Shown here in pieces: positions 47,931 to 57,189 of a DNA stretch of 64,000 nucleotides. Location: contig JAXHNB010000001.1 of NCBI GenBank assembly GCA_034520945.1, forward strand, positions 96,001 through 160,000, read 5' to 3'. The notes beneath the pieces are model-generated. The model was not told where the DNA came from. It was given only the letters and a program-made list of their open reading frames with translations, and did no database searches. The position numbers and the translations under genes were made by a program. Position 1 is the first letter of the stretch. Each line of letters begins with the position of its first letter. This DNA comes from Trueperaceae bacterium (lineage in GTDB: Bacteria > Deinococcota > Deinococci > Deinococcales > Trueperaceae).

Positions 47931-48916
47931 GCGGCCCGCCCCCCTTCCGGCACGGCCGCGTCTTCGTCCAGCCCGCTGCCGGTGAGGGCAAGGAAGGCGT
48001 CGTCGAGGGTGGCGCGGTGCAGGTCGATGTCGGCGAGCTCGATGCCGGCAGCGTCGACGGCGCGGACGACGCGTAGCAGGCCCTGGGCGCCGTCCGCGAC
48101 GGGCAGATGGATCCAGCGGCCTTCGGCGTCGAACGTGATCTCGGCGGCCGCCAGGGGCGCCAGGGCGTCTCGGGCGGCCTCGAACTGCTCGCGGCGCGCC
48201 ACCTCGAGGCGCACCACGTCGGTGCCCACGCGGCGCTTCAGCTCCGCGGAGGTGCCCTCGGCGATCACGCGACCGTGGTCGATCACCGCAATGCGGTCGG
48301 CCAGGCGGTCGGCCTCCTCCAGGTACTGCGTGGTGAGCAGGAGGGTCGTACCGCCCGCGACGAGCTCCTCGATGATGTTCCACATCTCCAGGCGGGTGCG
48401 GGGGTCCAGGCCGGTGGTGGGCTCGTCGAGGAACAGCACCTCGGCCTGGCCCACCAGGCTGGCGCCGAGGTCCAGGCGGCGGCGCATGCCGCCGGAGTAG
48501 GTCTTGACCGGGCGGTCGGCGGCGTCGGTCAGCTCGAGCCGCGCCAGGACCTCGTCGGCGCGGCGGCGCGCCTCGCGGCGCGGGAGGTGGTAGAGGAGCC
48601 CCACCATGCGCAGGTTCTCGCGTCCGGTGAGGTTCTCGTCGACCGCGGCGTACTGCCCGGCCAGGCCGATGCGCGGCCGCAGTGCCTCCGCCTCCCGGGC
48701 GACGTCGAGGCCCAGCACGCGGACCGTGCCTCGGTCGGGTTTCAGGAGGGTGGTGAGCAGGCGCACCAGCGTCGTCTTGCCTGCGCCGTTGGGGCCCAGC
48801 AGGCCGAACACGCGGCCGGCGGGGGCCTCGAGGGTCACGCCGGCGAGGGCGCGAATGGAGCCGAACGACTTGTGGACGTCGTCGACGATGATGGCAGGGG
48901 AATCGCTGCGAACCAT
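47927..48916 (-). CDS. ABC ATP-binding protein (DrrA-like)
   Basis: GPNGAGKTT, YSGGMRRRLDL, LDEPTTGLDP, TTQYLEEAD; leaderless-type TAGGAT-N6-ATG. Confidence 0.92.
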   Translation of the reverse strand: MVRSDSPAIIVDDVHKSFGSIRALAGVTLEAPAGRVFGLLGPNGAGKTTLVRLLTTLLKPDRGTVRVLGLDVAREAEALRPRIGLAGQYAAVDENLTGRENLRMVGLLYHLPRREARRRADEVLARLELTDAADRPVKTYSGGMRRRLDLGASLVGQAEVLFLDEPTTGLDPRTRLEMWNIIEELVAGGTTLLLTTQYLEEADRLADRIAVIDHGRVIAEGTSAELKRRVGTDVVRLEVARREQFEAARDALAPLAAAEITFDAEGRWIHLPVADGAQGLLRVVRAVDAAGIELADIDLHRATLDDAFLALTGSGLDEDAAVPEGGRAA

Positions 48917-49025
48917 GCGATGATCCTAACCATCGCAGCAAATGGCGGGTGTCGTACGCGTTCGGGTCCGCGGCCTCGTGTCCGGCCCGTCGCTCGAGGC
49001 CGTCACGGTCCCGCCTAGGCCTCGT

Positions 49026-49913
49026 TCAGGCCCGCTCCTCCTCGCGGATCTTGACGTCGAAGGCGTCGCGCAGCGACTCCGCGAAGAAGGTGAAGCCGAG
49101 CGTGGCGATCACCAGGAAGCCGCTCCCGAACACGATCGGCCAGGGCGAAATGCGCACGTAGGAGTAGCCCTGCCGCAGGATGCTGCCCCAACTCGGGGTG
49201 GGGGGTGGGACGCCCAGGCCGAGGAAGCTGAGCCCCGCCTCGAAGGTGATCACGACGGGAATGTCCATCGCCGCCTGGATGAACAGCGGCGCGATCACGT
49301 TGGGCAGCAGGTGGCGCACCATGATGCGGGGCGCCCCCACGCCCAGCGCCTTCGAGGCCGTCACGTACTCCTCTTCGCGCGCCTTCATCGTCTGGGCCCG
49401 GATCAGGCGGCCGTACGACGGGAAGTTCACCACCCCGATGATCACCACCAGCATCGTCAGGTTCGGGCCCGTCAGCGCGATCAGCGCGATGGCCAGCAGC
49501 AGGTCGGGGAACGAGCGCACCACGTCGAACACCATTACGGTGACGTGGTCGACCATGCCGCCGAAGTACCCGGCGATCAGCCCGAAGGTCAGGCCCAGCA
49601 GCACGGCCAGGCCGGTGGCCGGCAACGCCACCATCAACGCGATGCGCGCGCCGTACAACAGGCGCGTGAATATGTCGCGCCCCAGTTGATCGGTGCCCAT
49701 CCAGTGATCGGCGTTCGGGCCGCCCAGGCGGTTCGCCACGTCGATCTCGTCGGGGGCGTAGGGCGTCAGCCAGGGCGCGAAGACCGCCAAGACCACGATC
49801 AATGTGACGAACGTCAGGCCCATCAGGCCCGTGAAGTCGGAGAACACCTTGAACAGGCGCATGCGGCGGATGCGCGTCAACAGGCCGGCGTCGCTGGGCA
49901 GGACCTCGCTCAC
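49026..49913 (-). CDS. Peptide ABC permease (DppC-like)
   Basis: MGTDQLGRD, HLLPN, LSFLGLG..PPTPSWG. Confidence 0.92.
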   Translation of the reverse strand: MSEVLPSDAGLLTRIRRMRLFKVFSDFTGLMGLTFVTLIVVLAVFAPWLTPYAPDEIDVANRLGGPNADHWMGTDQLGRDIFTRLLYGARIALMVALPATGLAVLLGLTFGLIAGYFGGMVDHVTVMVFDVVRSFPDLLLAIALIALTGPNLTMLVVIIGVVNFPSYGRLIRAQTMKAREEEYVTASKALGVGAPRIMVRHLLPNVIAPLFIQAAMDIPVVITFEAGLSFLGLGVPPPTPSWGSILRQGYSYVRISPWPIVFGSGFLVIATLGFTFFAESLRDAFDVKIREEERA

Positions 49914-49914
49914 G

Positions 49915-50856
49915 TCACTCCGTCCGAATCCGCGGGTCGATGAACCCGTACGACAGGTCGGCCAAAAGGTTGGCGATGGCGTAGAGGAACACCGCCACGA
50001 TCAGCCCGCCCTGCACGACCGGGTAGTTGCGCGACTCGATGGCGTTCAGGATCAGGAAGCCGATGCCGGGCCGGTTGAAGATGATCTCGGTCAGCACCGT
50101 GCCGCCCAGCAGATTGCCGAACCCCACGCCGAGCACGGCGATGACGGGGATGAGCGCGCCGCGGAGCGTGTGGCGGTACAACACCACCATGCTGTGCAGG
50201 CCCTTGCTGTGCGCGGTGCGCACGTGATCCTTGCCGAGCTCCTCCAGCACGGAACTTCGGACCAGCCGCGAGATGTAGCCGATCCAGGGGATCGCCAACG
50301 CCATCACCGGCAGCACCAGGTGCCATGCCTGGCTGGCGAGGTTGCCTTCCTCTCCAGCGCCGCTGACGGGGAACCAGCCGAGCTGCACCGCGAAGATCAG
50401 CAGCAGCAACAGGCCCGCCACGAACGGCGGGGTGGTGATGAACGCCACCGAGATGAAGGCGGTGATGCGGTCGATCACCGAGTTGCGGAAGCCGGCGGAA
50501 TAGGTGCCGAGTGGAATGCCGACCAGGGCGGCCGTGCCGATACCGAGAAGGGCAAGCGCCACCGTGTGAGGTAGGGCGCCGAAGACGAGCGTGCTGACCG
50601 GAAGCTGGTTCAGTACGTCTTGGCCCATGTTGCCGCGCAAAATATTGCCGAGATAGGCGAACAGTTGAATCAAGAACGGCTCGTCCAACATCATCCGCTC
50701 GCGGAACGAGGCGATCATCCCCTCGGTCGCGCGCGGCCCCAGCATGACCCGTGCAGCGTCGCCGGGGATCAGGCGCAGGATGACGAACAGCAGCGCCATC
50801 GCCACCGTCACGGTGAAGACCGTGGTCAGCAGTCGCCGGAGCGTGAAGCGAAACAC
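49915..50856 (-). CDS. Peptide ABC permease (DppB-like)
   Basis: IPGDAA, RTAHSKGL, TEIIFNRPGIG, DPRIR. Confidence 0.92.
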   Translation of the reverse strand: MFRFTLRRLLTTVFTVTVAMALLFVILRLIPGDAARVMLGPRATEGMIASFRERMMLDEPFLIQLFAYLGNILRGNMGQDVLNQLPVSTLVFGALPHTVALALLGIGTAALVGIPLGTYSAGFRNSVIDRITAFISVAFITTPPFVAGLLLLLIFAVQLGWFPVSGAGEEGNLASQAWHLVLPVMALAIPWIGYISRLVRSSVLEELGKDHVRTAHSKGLHSMVVLYRHTLRGALIPVIAVLGVGFGNLLGGTVLTEIIFNRPGIGFLILNAIESRNYPVVQGGLIVAVFLYAIANLLADLSYGFIDPRIRTE

Positions 50857-50988
50857 GGTTCGATATCCCTCCCAGGGACGCGGCGAGAATCGAGATCGGC
50901 CACCTGGAACGGCGCAGAAACGCTTCGCTGCGCCGTCGTGCCAGGGGCGTCCGGCCCGCGCTCATGGCGGGTTCGGTTTCACGGCGAG

Positions 50989-51016
50989 GTGCCGGGGCCC
51001 GCGCGGGCCCCGGCAC
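50989..51016. repeat. Perfect 28-bp palindrome GTGCCGGGGCCCGCGCGGGCCCCGGCAC directly after the binding-protein stop
   Basis: Read directly; likely an mRNA-stabilising hairpin or attenuator. Confidence 0.75.
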
Positions 51017-51025
51017 GAACGTCGT

Positions 51026-52585
51026 TCAGTCGGTGGCCAGGTTCTCCCAGTACTGGTACTGCGCGTACATGGCGAGGAACACCGGGTCGATCTGGTCGGG
51101 GCGGTAGACGTACACGCTGGCGCCGTTGGTGACCCAGATGGCGCTCACGTCCTCGTCGATGATCTGCTGCAGCTGCACGTACAGCTCGGCCCGCTCTTGG
51201 GGGTCGGCCGTGCGCGAGGCCTGCGCGTGGATCTCGTCGTACTCCTCGTTGCACCAGCCCCAGTAGTTCCACTGGCCCATCTGGTCGCACTTGAACCACT
51301 CGAACCAGTAGCCCGGGTCGATGATGGCGGAGAAGCTGGCGTAGTGCAGGCCGGGCGTGTTGTTCTCACTGACCGTCACGTACATGTCCTGCACGATGTC
51401 GATCTCGGCCTCGATCCCGACGCGGCGCAGCTGCTGCTGCACGATGGTGGCGGACTGCTGGTGCACCGTCACGTTGTCGGTGCTGATCGTCGTCGAGAAG
51501 CCGTCCGGGTAGCCGGCCTCGGCCAGCAGTTCGCGGGCGCGCTCCAGGTCGGGCTCGTAGCGCGGGGCGTCCTCCCAGTGGCCCAGGATCGACGGTGCCA
51601 GCATGGTGTCGGCCCGGTTCGGCACGCCGTTGTAGGCGCCCTGCAGGATCTCGTCCACGTCGACGGCGTAGCGCACCGCTTCGCGCACGCGCACGTCGTC
51701 GAACGGCTCGTGACGCTGGTTGAAGCCGAGCCAGTGGTAGCGCAGCGTGTCCAGCACCTCGACCGCGACGCCTTCCTGGTCGTCGTAGCGATCCAGCGAC
51801 TCGAGCGAGATCTCGGTCGCGTCCAGCTCGCGCGTGTCGAACGAGAACTCCGCGATCTGCGCGTCGGTGATCGGCTCGACCACGATGCGCTCGAAGTCCG
51901 GCGCTTCGCCGAAGTACTCACTGAAGCGCTCCAGCACGATCTCCTGGTTGGGGTTCCAGTCGGACCACACGTACGGGCCCGAGCCGACCGGCTGGGTGGC
52001 GATGGCCTCGCCGCGGTCCTCGAACGCCGCCTGGCTGAGGATGCTGCCGGGCGTCCAGGGGAGGGTCGCGGTCAGGAGCGGCGCGTACGCCTCGTCCAGA
52101 ATGATGCGCCCGCTGTAGCGTCCGGTGACCTCGACGCGGTCCAGGGTGCCCCAGTCGCTGGCGTAGGGCGAATCCAGATCCTCGTCGAGATAGCGCTCGT
52201 ACGAGAACTTGACGTCCTCGGCGGTCATCTCGCCGTAGCCGTGATGGAACTGGATCCCCTCACGGAGCTTGAACTCGACCACCGTGCCATCGTCGCTGAT
52301 CTCGAACTCCTCGGCGGCGTCCAGCACGTACTCCGGTTCGCCGGGGGCGTAGCGGATCAGCTTGCTGAACACGATCTGGTCCAGGTTGTACTCTTCGTTG
52401 CCCGAGTAGAAGGCGGGGTCCATCGTTTCGATGTCGGCGCCGCTTCGGGCCCGGACGGTCAGCGTGTCGTCGGCCTGGGCGAATGCGCCGGACAGGGCCA
52501 GCGCCAGCAGCAGCAACAAGGCGACGGCCAGAGGGCGTGTGGGTGAGATGGCGGACGTGTGTCTAGCGTGATGTTCGCTGTTCAC
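51026..52585 (-). CDS. Peptide ABC substrate-binding protein (family 5)
   Basis: SD AAGGAGG plus GTG 52585; LREGIQFH, PVGSGPY, VREAVRYAVD. Confidence 0.9.
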   Translation of the reverse strand: MNSEHHARHTSAISPTRPLAVALLLLLALALSGAFAQADDTLTVRARSGADIETMDPAFYSGNEEYNLDQIVFSKLIRYAPGEPEYVLDAAEEFEISDDGTVVEFKLREGIQFHHGYGEMTAEDVKFSYERYLDEDLDSPYASDWGTLDRVEVTGRYSGRIILDEAYAPLLTATLPWTPGSILSQAAFEDRGEAIATQPVGSGPYVWSDWNPNQEIVLERFSEYFGEAPDFERIVVEPITDAQIAEFSFDTRELDATEISLESLDRYDDQEGVAVEVLDTLRYHWLGFNQRHEPFDDVRVREAVRYAVDVDEILQGAYNGVPNRADTMLAPSILGHWEDAPRYEPDLERARELLAEAGYPDGFSTTISTDNVTVHQQSATIVQQQLRRVGIEAEIDIVQDMYVTVSENNTPGLHYASFSAIIDPGYWFEWFKCDQMGQWNYWGWCNEEYDEIHAQASRTADPQERAELYVQLQQIIDEDVSAIWVTNGASVYVYRPDQIDPVFLAMYAQYQYWENLATD

Positions 52586-52668
52586 GAATGCCTCCTTCAA
52601 GGCGAGAACTTGTAAGGTCCGGCAACCATTATACACGCCGGTCCTCATGCAGCCGGCGCAGCGCCGGA

Positions 52669-54702
52669 TCACACGTGGTCGCGGGCGATGCTGCGCCTCC
52701 AGGTTCGCGAGGCGACGCGGGTCTCGCCCTCGTACGCCTCGAGCTCGGCGTAGCTGTGGAACGCCTCCTCGTCGGACGTCAGGCGGGTGTAGGCGCTGAT
52801 GCGCGTCTCCCACGCCCCCCGGCGCATGGTCGCGACCTGCGTCATCTCGGCGTGCGCCGTGCCGGGATCATCGCCGTCGTTGGCGTAGCGCTCCAACGAA
52901 TGGAAGCGGGTCTCCAGGTCGATCTCCTCGATGCGGACCGTGCCGGTGTCGCGCACCACCTCGTGCACCGCGCCGTCGTTGGCGACGTCGCGCACCACGC
53001 GGCGCTCGTTGGCCGCGGGCGTCAGTTGCGTCGCCCCGAGCGGCGGTGCGCCGTCGGCCGGCATCGCCACCGCCACCTGCTCGTCCGCGGCGCGGGGGGC
53101 GCGCACCGGCAGCTGCAGGCTGGAGGCGGCGGCGTGCACGCCCAACGTCGCCGGCCGCGGCGACGGCCAGGACAGCGGCCAGTAGTCGCTGGACAACGCC
53201 AAGCGAATCCGGTGCCCCGCCGGGAACGCCTGCGCGACGTGCTTCAGGTCCACGCGCACGCGGTATGTCCGGCCCGGCTCCAACGGAGTCGGCGCCTCGT
53301 GCCCGTCGTGGTGGGTGAGGTTGAGGAGCCCGTAGGTGACGCGGGTCGCCACCCCGCCCTCGTCGACGTCCAGCAGCCGCACGGCCAGCTGCGCCACCGG
53401 CTGGTCGCTCTCGATCTCCAGCTCCAGCTCCGGGGCACCCAGAATCTCGAGACGTTCCGTCAGGGGCGGGGTGTCGAACGTCAACGAGGCGCCGTCGGCC
53501 GCCTCCTGCCGACCGGGCAGGTCCGGTTCGGTCGCGTAGGGGAACCAGCGGCCGGCCTCCTGCCCCACGCCCATGGGGCTGCGGATGCGAAGCGGGTCCT
53601 CGCCCACGGCGTCGCCGGTGTCGCCGCCCTCGCTGCGCTTCAGCGCGCCGGACGCCAGCGCGTAACGGACCGGCGTCACGCCGGGCCCGGGCCAGGTCTC
53701 CTCGCCCACCCACCGGCCGGGGCGGTGCTCGTACTGTGCGGCCGGCGGGGCGGGCTCCTGCATCCAGGCGCGCACCATCGGCTCGTCCATGATGCCGGTG
53801 TCGATCCCCTTCAACCACTGGTCCCAGAACCGCAACGCCTCCGTGAGGTAGCCCACCGCCGGCCCGGGATCGCCGGTGTTGGGGTGCGTGTGGCTCCACG
53901 GCCCCACCAGGCCCAGGCGCGGCACCTCGAGGTTCTCCAGCAGCCGGAACACGGCACGGGTGTAGCCGTCGGCCCACCCGCCGATGGTGAACACGGGGCA
54001 CTGGATGGCGCCGTAGTCCTCGCACACCGAGCCGTGCTTCCAGAAGTCGTCGCGGCGCTGGTGCGCCAACCACTCCTCCAGCCAGAAGCCCGCGCCGTTC
54101 AGGCGCTCCAGCCACGCCTCGCGCCAGCCGTCCCCGACCGTGGCCGGGTCGGGCGGCAGCGCGTCGTTCGACAGCATGCTGGACGCCCACACGAAGTTTT
54201 CGACCAGGTTGCAGCCCCCCATGTAGTGGATGTCGTCCTCGTAGCGGTCGTCGGTCGAGCAGATGGTGATGATCGCCTTCAGCTCGGGCGGGGCCAGCGC
54301 GGCCATCTGCAGGCCGTTGAAGCCGCCCCAGGAGATGCCCACCATGCCGACGTTGCCGTCGCACCACGGCTGCGCCGCGATCCAACGCAGGATCTCCAGC
54401 CCGTCCTGCTGCTCGAGAGGAAGGTACTCGTCCTCCAGCACGCCGGTCGCGTCGCCCGTGCCCCGCATGTCGACCCGCACGCTGGCGTAGCCGTGCTCCG
54501 CGAACCACGGGTGATTGCGGGTGTCCCGCTCGCGCGTGCCGTCCCGGCGGCGGTACGGCAGGTACTCCAAGATGGCGGGCACCGGCTCGGCCTCGGCGTC
54601 TGCGGGCATCCACACCCGCGCCGCCAGCCGCGCCCCGTCGGACATCTCGATCCAGAGGTGCTCGTGTTCCTTTACCGTGCGTGGTTGCGTGTCACTGGCC
54701 AT
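52669..54702 (-). CDS. CocE/NonD family hydrolase (S15-like)
   Basis: LEYLPYR, GISWGG nucleophile elbow, DDRY, GWADGY, GPWSH. Confidence 0.92.
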   Translation of the reverse strand: MASDTQPRTVKEHEHLWIEMSDGARLAARVWMPADAEAEPVPAILEYLPYRRRDGTRERDTRNHPWFAEHGYASVRVDMRGTGDATGVLEDEYLPLEQQDGLEILRWIAAQPWCDGNVGMVGISWGGFNGLQMAALAPPELKAIITICSTDDRYEDDIHYMGGCNLVENFVWASSMLSNDALPPDPATVGDGWREAWLERLNGAGFWLEEWLAHQRRDDFWKHGSVCEDYGAIQCPVFTIGGWADGYTRAVFRLLENLEVPRLGLVGPWSHTHPNTGDPGPAVGYLTEALRFWDQWLKGIDTGIMDEPMVRAWMQEPAPPAAQYEHRPGRWVGEETWPGPGVTPVRYALASGALKRSEGGDTGDAVGEDPLRIRSPMGVGQEAGRWFPYATEPDLPGRQEAADGASLTFDTPPLTERLEILGAPELELEIESDQPVAQLAVRLLDVDEGGVATRVTYGLLNLTHHDGHEAPTPLEPGRTYRVRVDLKHVAQAFPAGHRIRLALSSDYWPLSWPSPRPATLGVHAAASSLQLPVRAPRAADEQVAVAMPADGAPPLGATQLTPAANERRVVRDVANDGAVHEVVRDTGTVRIEEIDLETRFHSLERYANDGDDPGTAHAEMTQVATMRRGAWETRISAYTRLTSDEEAFHSYAELEAYEGETRVASRTWRRSIARDHV

Positions 54703-54822
54703 GATGCCTCGTTTCTCGTCGTCGAATCGTCAGGGGACGGTCGCCGTCCCTTCGTGTAGGAAATCGCAGGGCGGCGACCGCTCGGGCCGCGCACCTCACG
54801 TCGGGGATGCGTGCCGCGCGTC

Positions 54823-56889
54823 TCACATCAGCGTGCGGGGGATGGAACGGTCCCAGCGCCGCGTGAAGAACGGCCGGCCGTTCAGGGTCACCTCCAGCTC
54901 GATGCCGACGTGAAACGCGCGCGTGTCCCCGCGCATGTCGGCGCGCGCCACGGTGCGGATCTCGTGCCCGAAATCGTTCAGCACGATGGTGTTGCTGCCC
55001 CGCACGCGCGCCCCGGCGGGATCGTCCGGCGCGACGCGCCCCTCCACCTCCTTCGACAGCCGCAGCACCGTCTCGCGGATCAGGGAGGAGAGCCCCTGCT
55101 CCTTGGCGACCTCCACGATCGAGGCGTCGTCCAACCGGTCCCGCGTCACCCGCCAGGCGTCGGCGCCGGCCTTGGACTCCACGACGGGCGTCAACGCTTC
55201 CGGGCGCGCTACCTGCAGCGTCTCGCCGCCGTCCCGGACGCGCGGCAGCCACACCTTTGCGCCCTGCGGCCCGCCCCAGTGCAGCTGGTGCCGCGCGGGG
55301 TACGGCGTGGGCCAAACGTTGGGCCAATCCGCGCCGGCGAACGCCAGGCGGATGCGGTGGCCGGCCCGGAACCGCCACGCGGTGGCGTCCAGCGGCACCC
55401 GCAGCCGGTACACCCGGCCGGGCGTCAACGCCTCCGGATCGCTCATCGAATCGCGGCGCGTGGCGTTCAGGTAGCCCTTGGACACCAGCACCGAGGTGCC
55501 GTACGGATCGACGTCCTCCAAACGGACCGCCAGCCCCGCCACCTCCGCGTCCGAAGCGAAGCCCACCTCGACGAAGCCCCGCCCGATGATCTCGAGCGGC
55601 GCCTCCAGGGCGGCGGCGTCGTAGGTCACGGACCGGCCGTCGTCGTCGCCCTGCGCGACCGGCGTGGCCCAGCACCAGATGCCGCCGGTCGTGCCGACCG
55701 TGGGGTCGTACGCGAAGGCGTCGATGCCCTCCCGCGCGACCGGCTCGGGGGCGAGCCGCCCGCCGTCGTCGAGGTGCAGTTCGAAGCCGGCCGGATCGGC
55801 GGGCAGCGAGGCGTCGCCGCGCCAGCGGCCGGGCCAATCGCCCGGAATGGCGGACGGGGGGCCGTGCTCCTGCACGTACACCCGCAAGGGCGGCTCGTCC
55901 ATCACCCCGTTGTCGACGCCCTTCAGCCAGTGGTCGTAGAAGCGGACCGCCTCCTCGAAGAAGTCCGCCTGCGGGCCGGGGAAGCTCTCGTGCGGGAGCG
56001 TGTGCGTCCACGGTCCGACCCACGCCTTCTTGGGCGCCTCCAGGTGTTCGTAGGTGCGCAACGGGGCGTTGGGGTAGCCGTCGCGCCAGCCGCCGATCAG
56101 GAAGGTGGCGCACTCGATCGCGCCGTAGTCCCGGTTCAGGGAGCCGTTGGCCCAGTACGCGCCGTCGGTCTGGTGCTCCAGCCAGGGGAGCACCCACGGT
56201 TCCTGCCGCTCCAACCGCGCGCGCCAGGTCTCGAGCCACGGCCCCTCGACCGCGTCGGGGTGCGGGGGCAGCGCGTTCAGCGCCACCATCATTAGCGGGT
56301 AGTCGCTCCAGGTGTACAGCCCGCGCACGCTGCCGCCCTTGAAGTGGCACTCCTCCTCGTAGCGGTCGTCGGTGAACATGACCGGCACGATCGCCTTCAG
56401 GGCCGGCGGGCGGTGCATCGCCACCTGCAGCGCGTTGAACCCGCCGTAGGAGATGCCCCACATGCCGACGTTGCCGTTGCACCATGGCTGCGCCGCCAGC
56501 CAGGCGATGGCGTCGCAGCCGTCGAGCTGCTCGGTGACGGTGTACTCGTCGTTCAGCACGTCCTCGGAGGAGCCGGTGCCGCGCACGTCCAGGCGGCAGC
56601 CCACGTAGCCGCGACGGGCCAACTCGGCCTGCAGGTTCTGACGCGCGTGCGAACGGTCGTCCTTGCGGTAGGGCAGGTACTCCAGCACCACCGGGTAACG
56701 CCCCTCGGCCTCCGGCATGTACAGATCGGCGGAGAGGTGCACCCCGTCGCGCATGGGGATGCGGACGTGCCGGCGCAGTCGGACCCCCTCGAGCGCGGCC
56801 TCGCCCTCGTCGGGGGGTGCGCCGGATCCGGCGCCTTCGCCGGCGGGCATCGTGGGGTCGGGAACGGGCGTATCGCCGTCGGGGCACAT
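54823..56889 (-). CDS. CocE/NonD family hydrolase, second paralog
   Basis: SD AAGGAGG; LEYLPYRK, GISYGG, GWRDGY, GPWTH. Confidence 0.92.
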   Translation of the reverse strand: MCPDGDTPVPDPTMPAGEGAGSGAPPDEGEAALEGVRLRRHVRIPMRDGVHLSADLYMPEAEGRYPVVLEYLPYRKDDRSHARQNLQAELARRGYVGCRLDVRGTGSSEDVLNDEYTVTEQLDGCDAIAWLAAQPWCNGNVGMWGISYGGFNALQVAMHRPPALKAIVPVMFTDDRYEEECHFKGGSVRGLYTWSDYPLMMVALNALPPHPDAVEGPWLETWRARLERQEPWVLPWLEHQTDGAYWANGSLNRDYGAIECATFLIGGWRDGYPNAPLRTYEHLEAPKKAWVGPWTHTLPHESFPGPQADFFEEAVRFYDHWLKGVDNGVMDEPPLRVYVQEHGPPSAIPGDWPGRWRGDASLPADPAGFELHLDDGGRLAPEPVAREGIDAFAYDPTVGTTGGIWCWATPVAQGDDDGRSVTYDAAALEAPLEIIGRGFVEVGFASDAEVAGLAVRLEDVDPYGTSVLVSKGYLNATRRDSMSDPEALTPGRVYRLRVPLDATAWRFRAGHRIRLAFAGADWPNVWPTPYPARHQLHWGGPQGAKVWLPRVRDGGETLQVARPEALTPVVESKAGADAWRVTRDRLDDASIVEVAKEQGLSSLIRETVLRLSKEVEGRVAPDDPAGARVRGSNTIVLNDFGHEIRTVARADMRGDTRAFHVGIELEVTLNGRPFFTRRWDRSIPRTLM

Positions 56890-57189
56890 GGGCTTCCTCC
56901 TTGGTGAACGGGGGTGTGGCGCGGCCACGGGCTGCGCGCCGGATCGGTGCCGGCCGTGACGCGCGGGACCGGGCGCAGAATCGCCGGGAGGCTACCACGG
57001 GGCCGCGGGGTCGTCCGCCCCGGGTGTGCCCCCGTCACGCCGGGGCGCGGTGCCGCGGGCGCGCGCGCCGTTCCCCTGTACGAACGCGCCAAGCTGCATA
57101 CTTGCATGCAGGTCGTGCAACTGGGGTCGTACGTGGCGGGAACGCCGTTCAGGACGGGGTCGCGGGCCGAGGCGACCGTGGGCTCGGGT

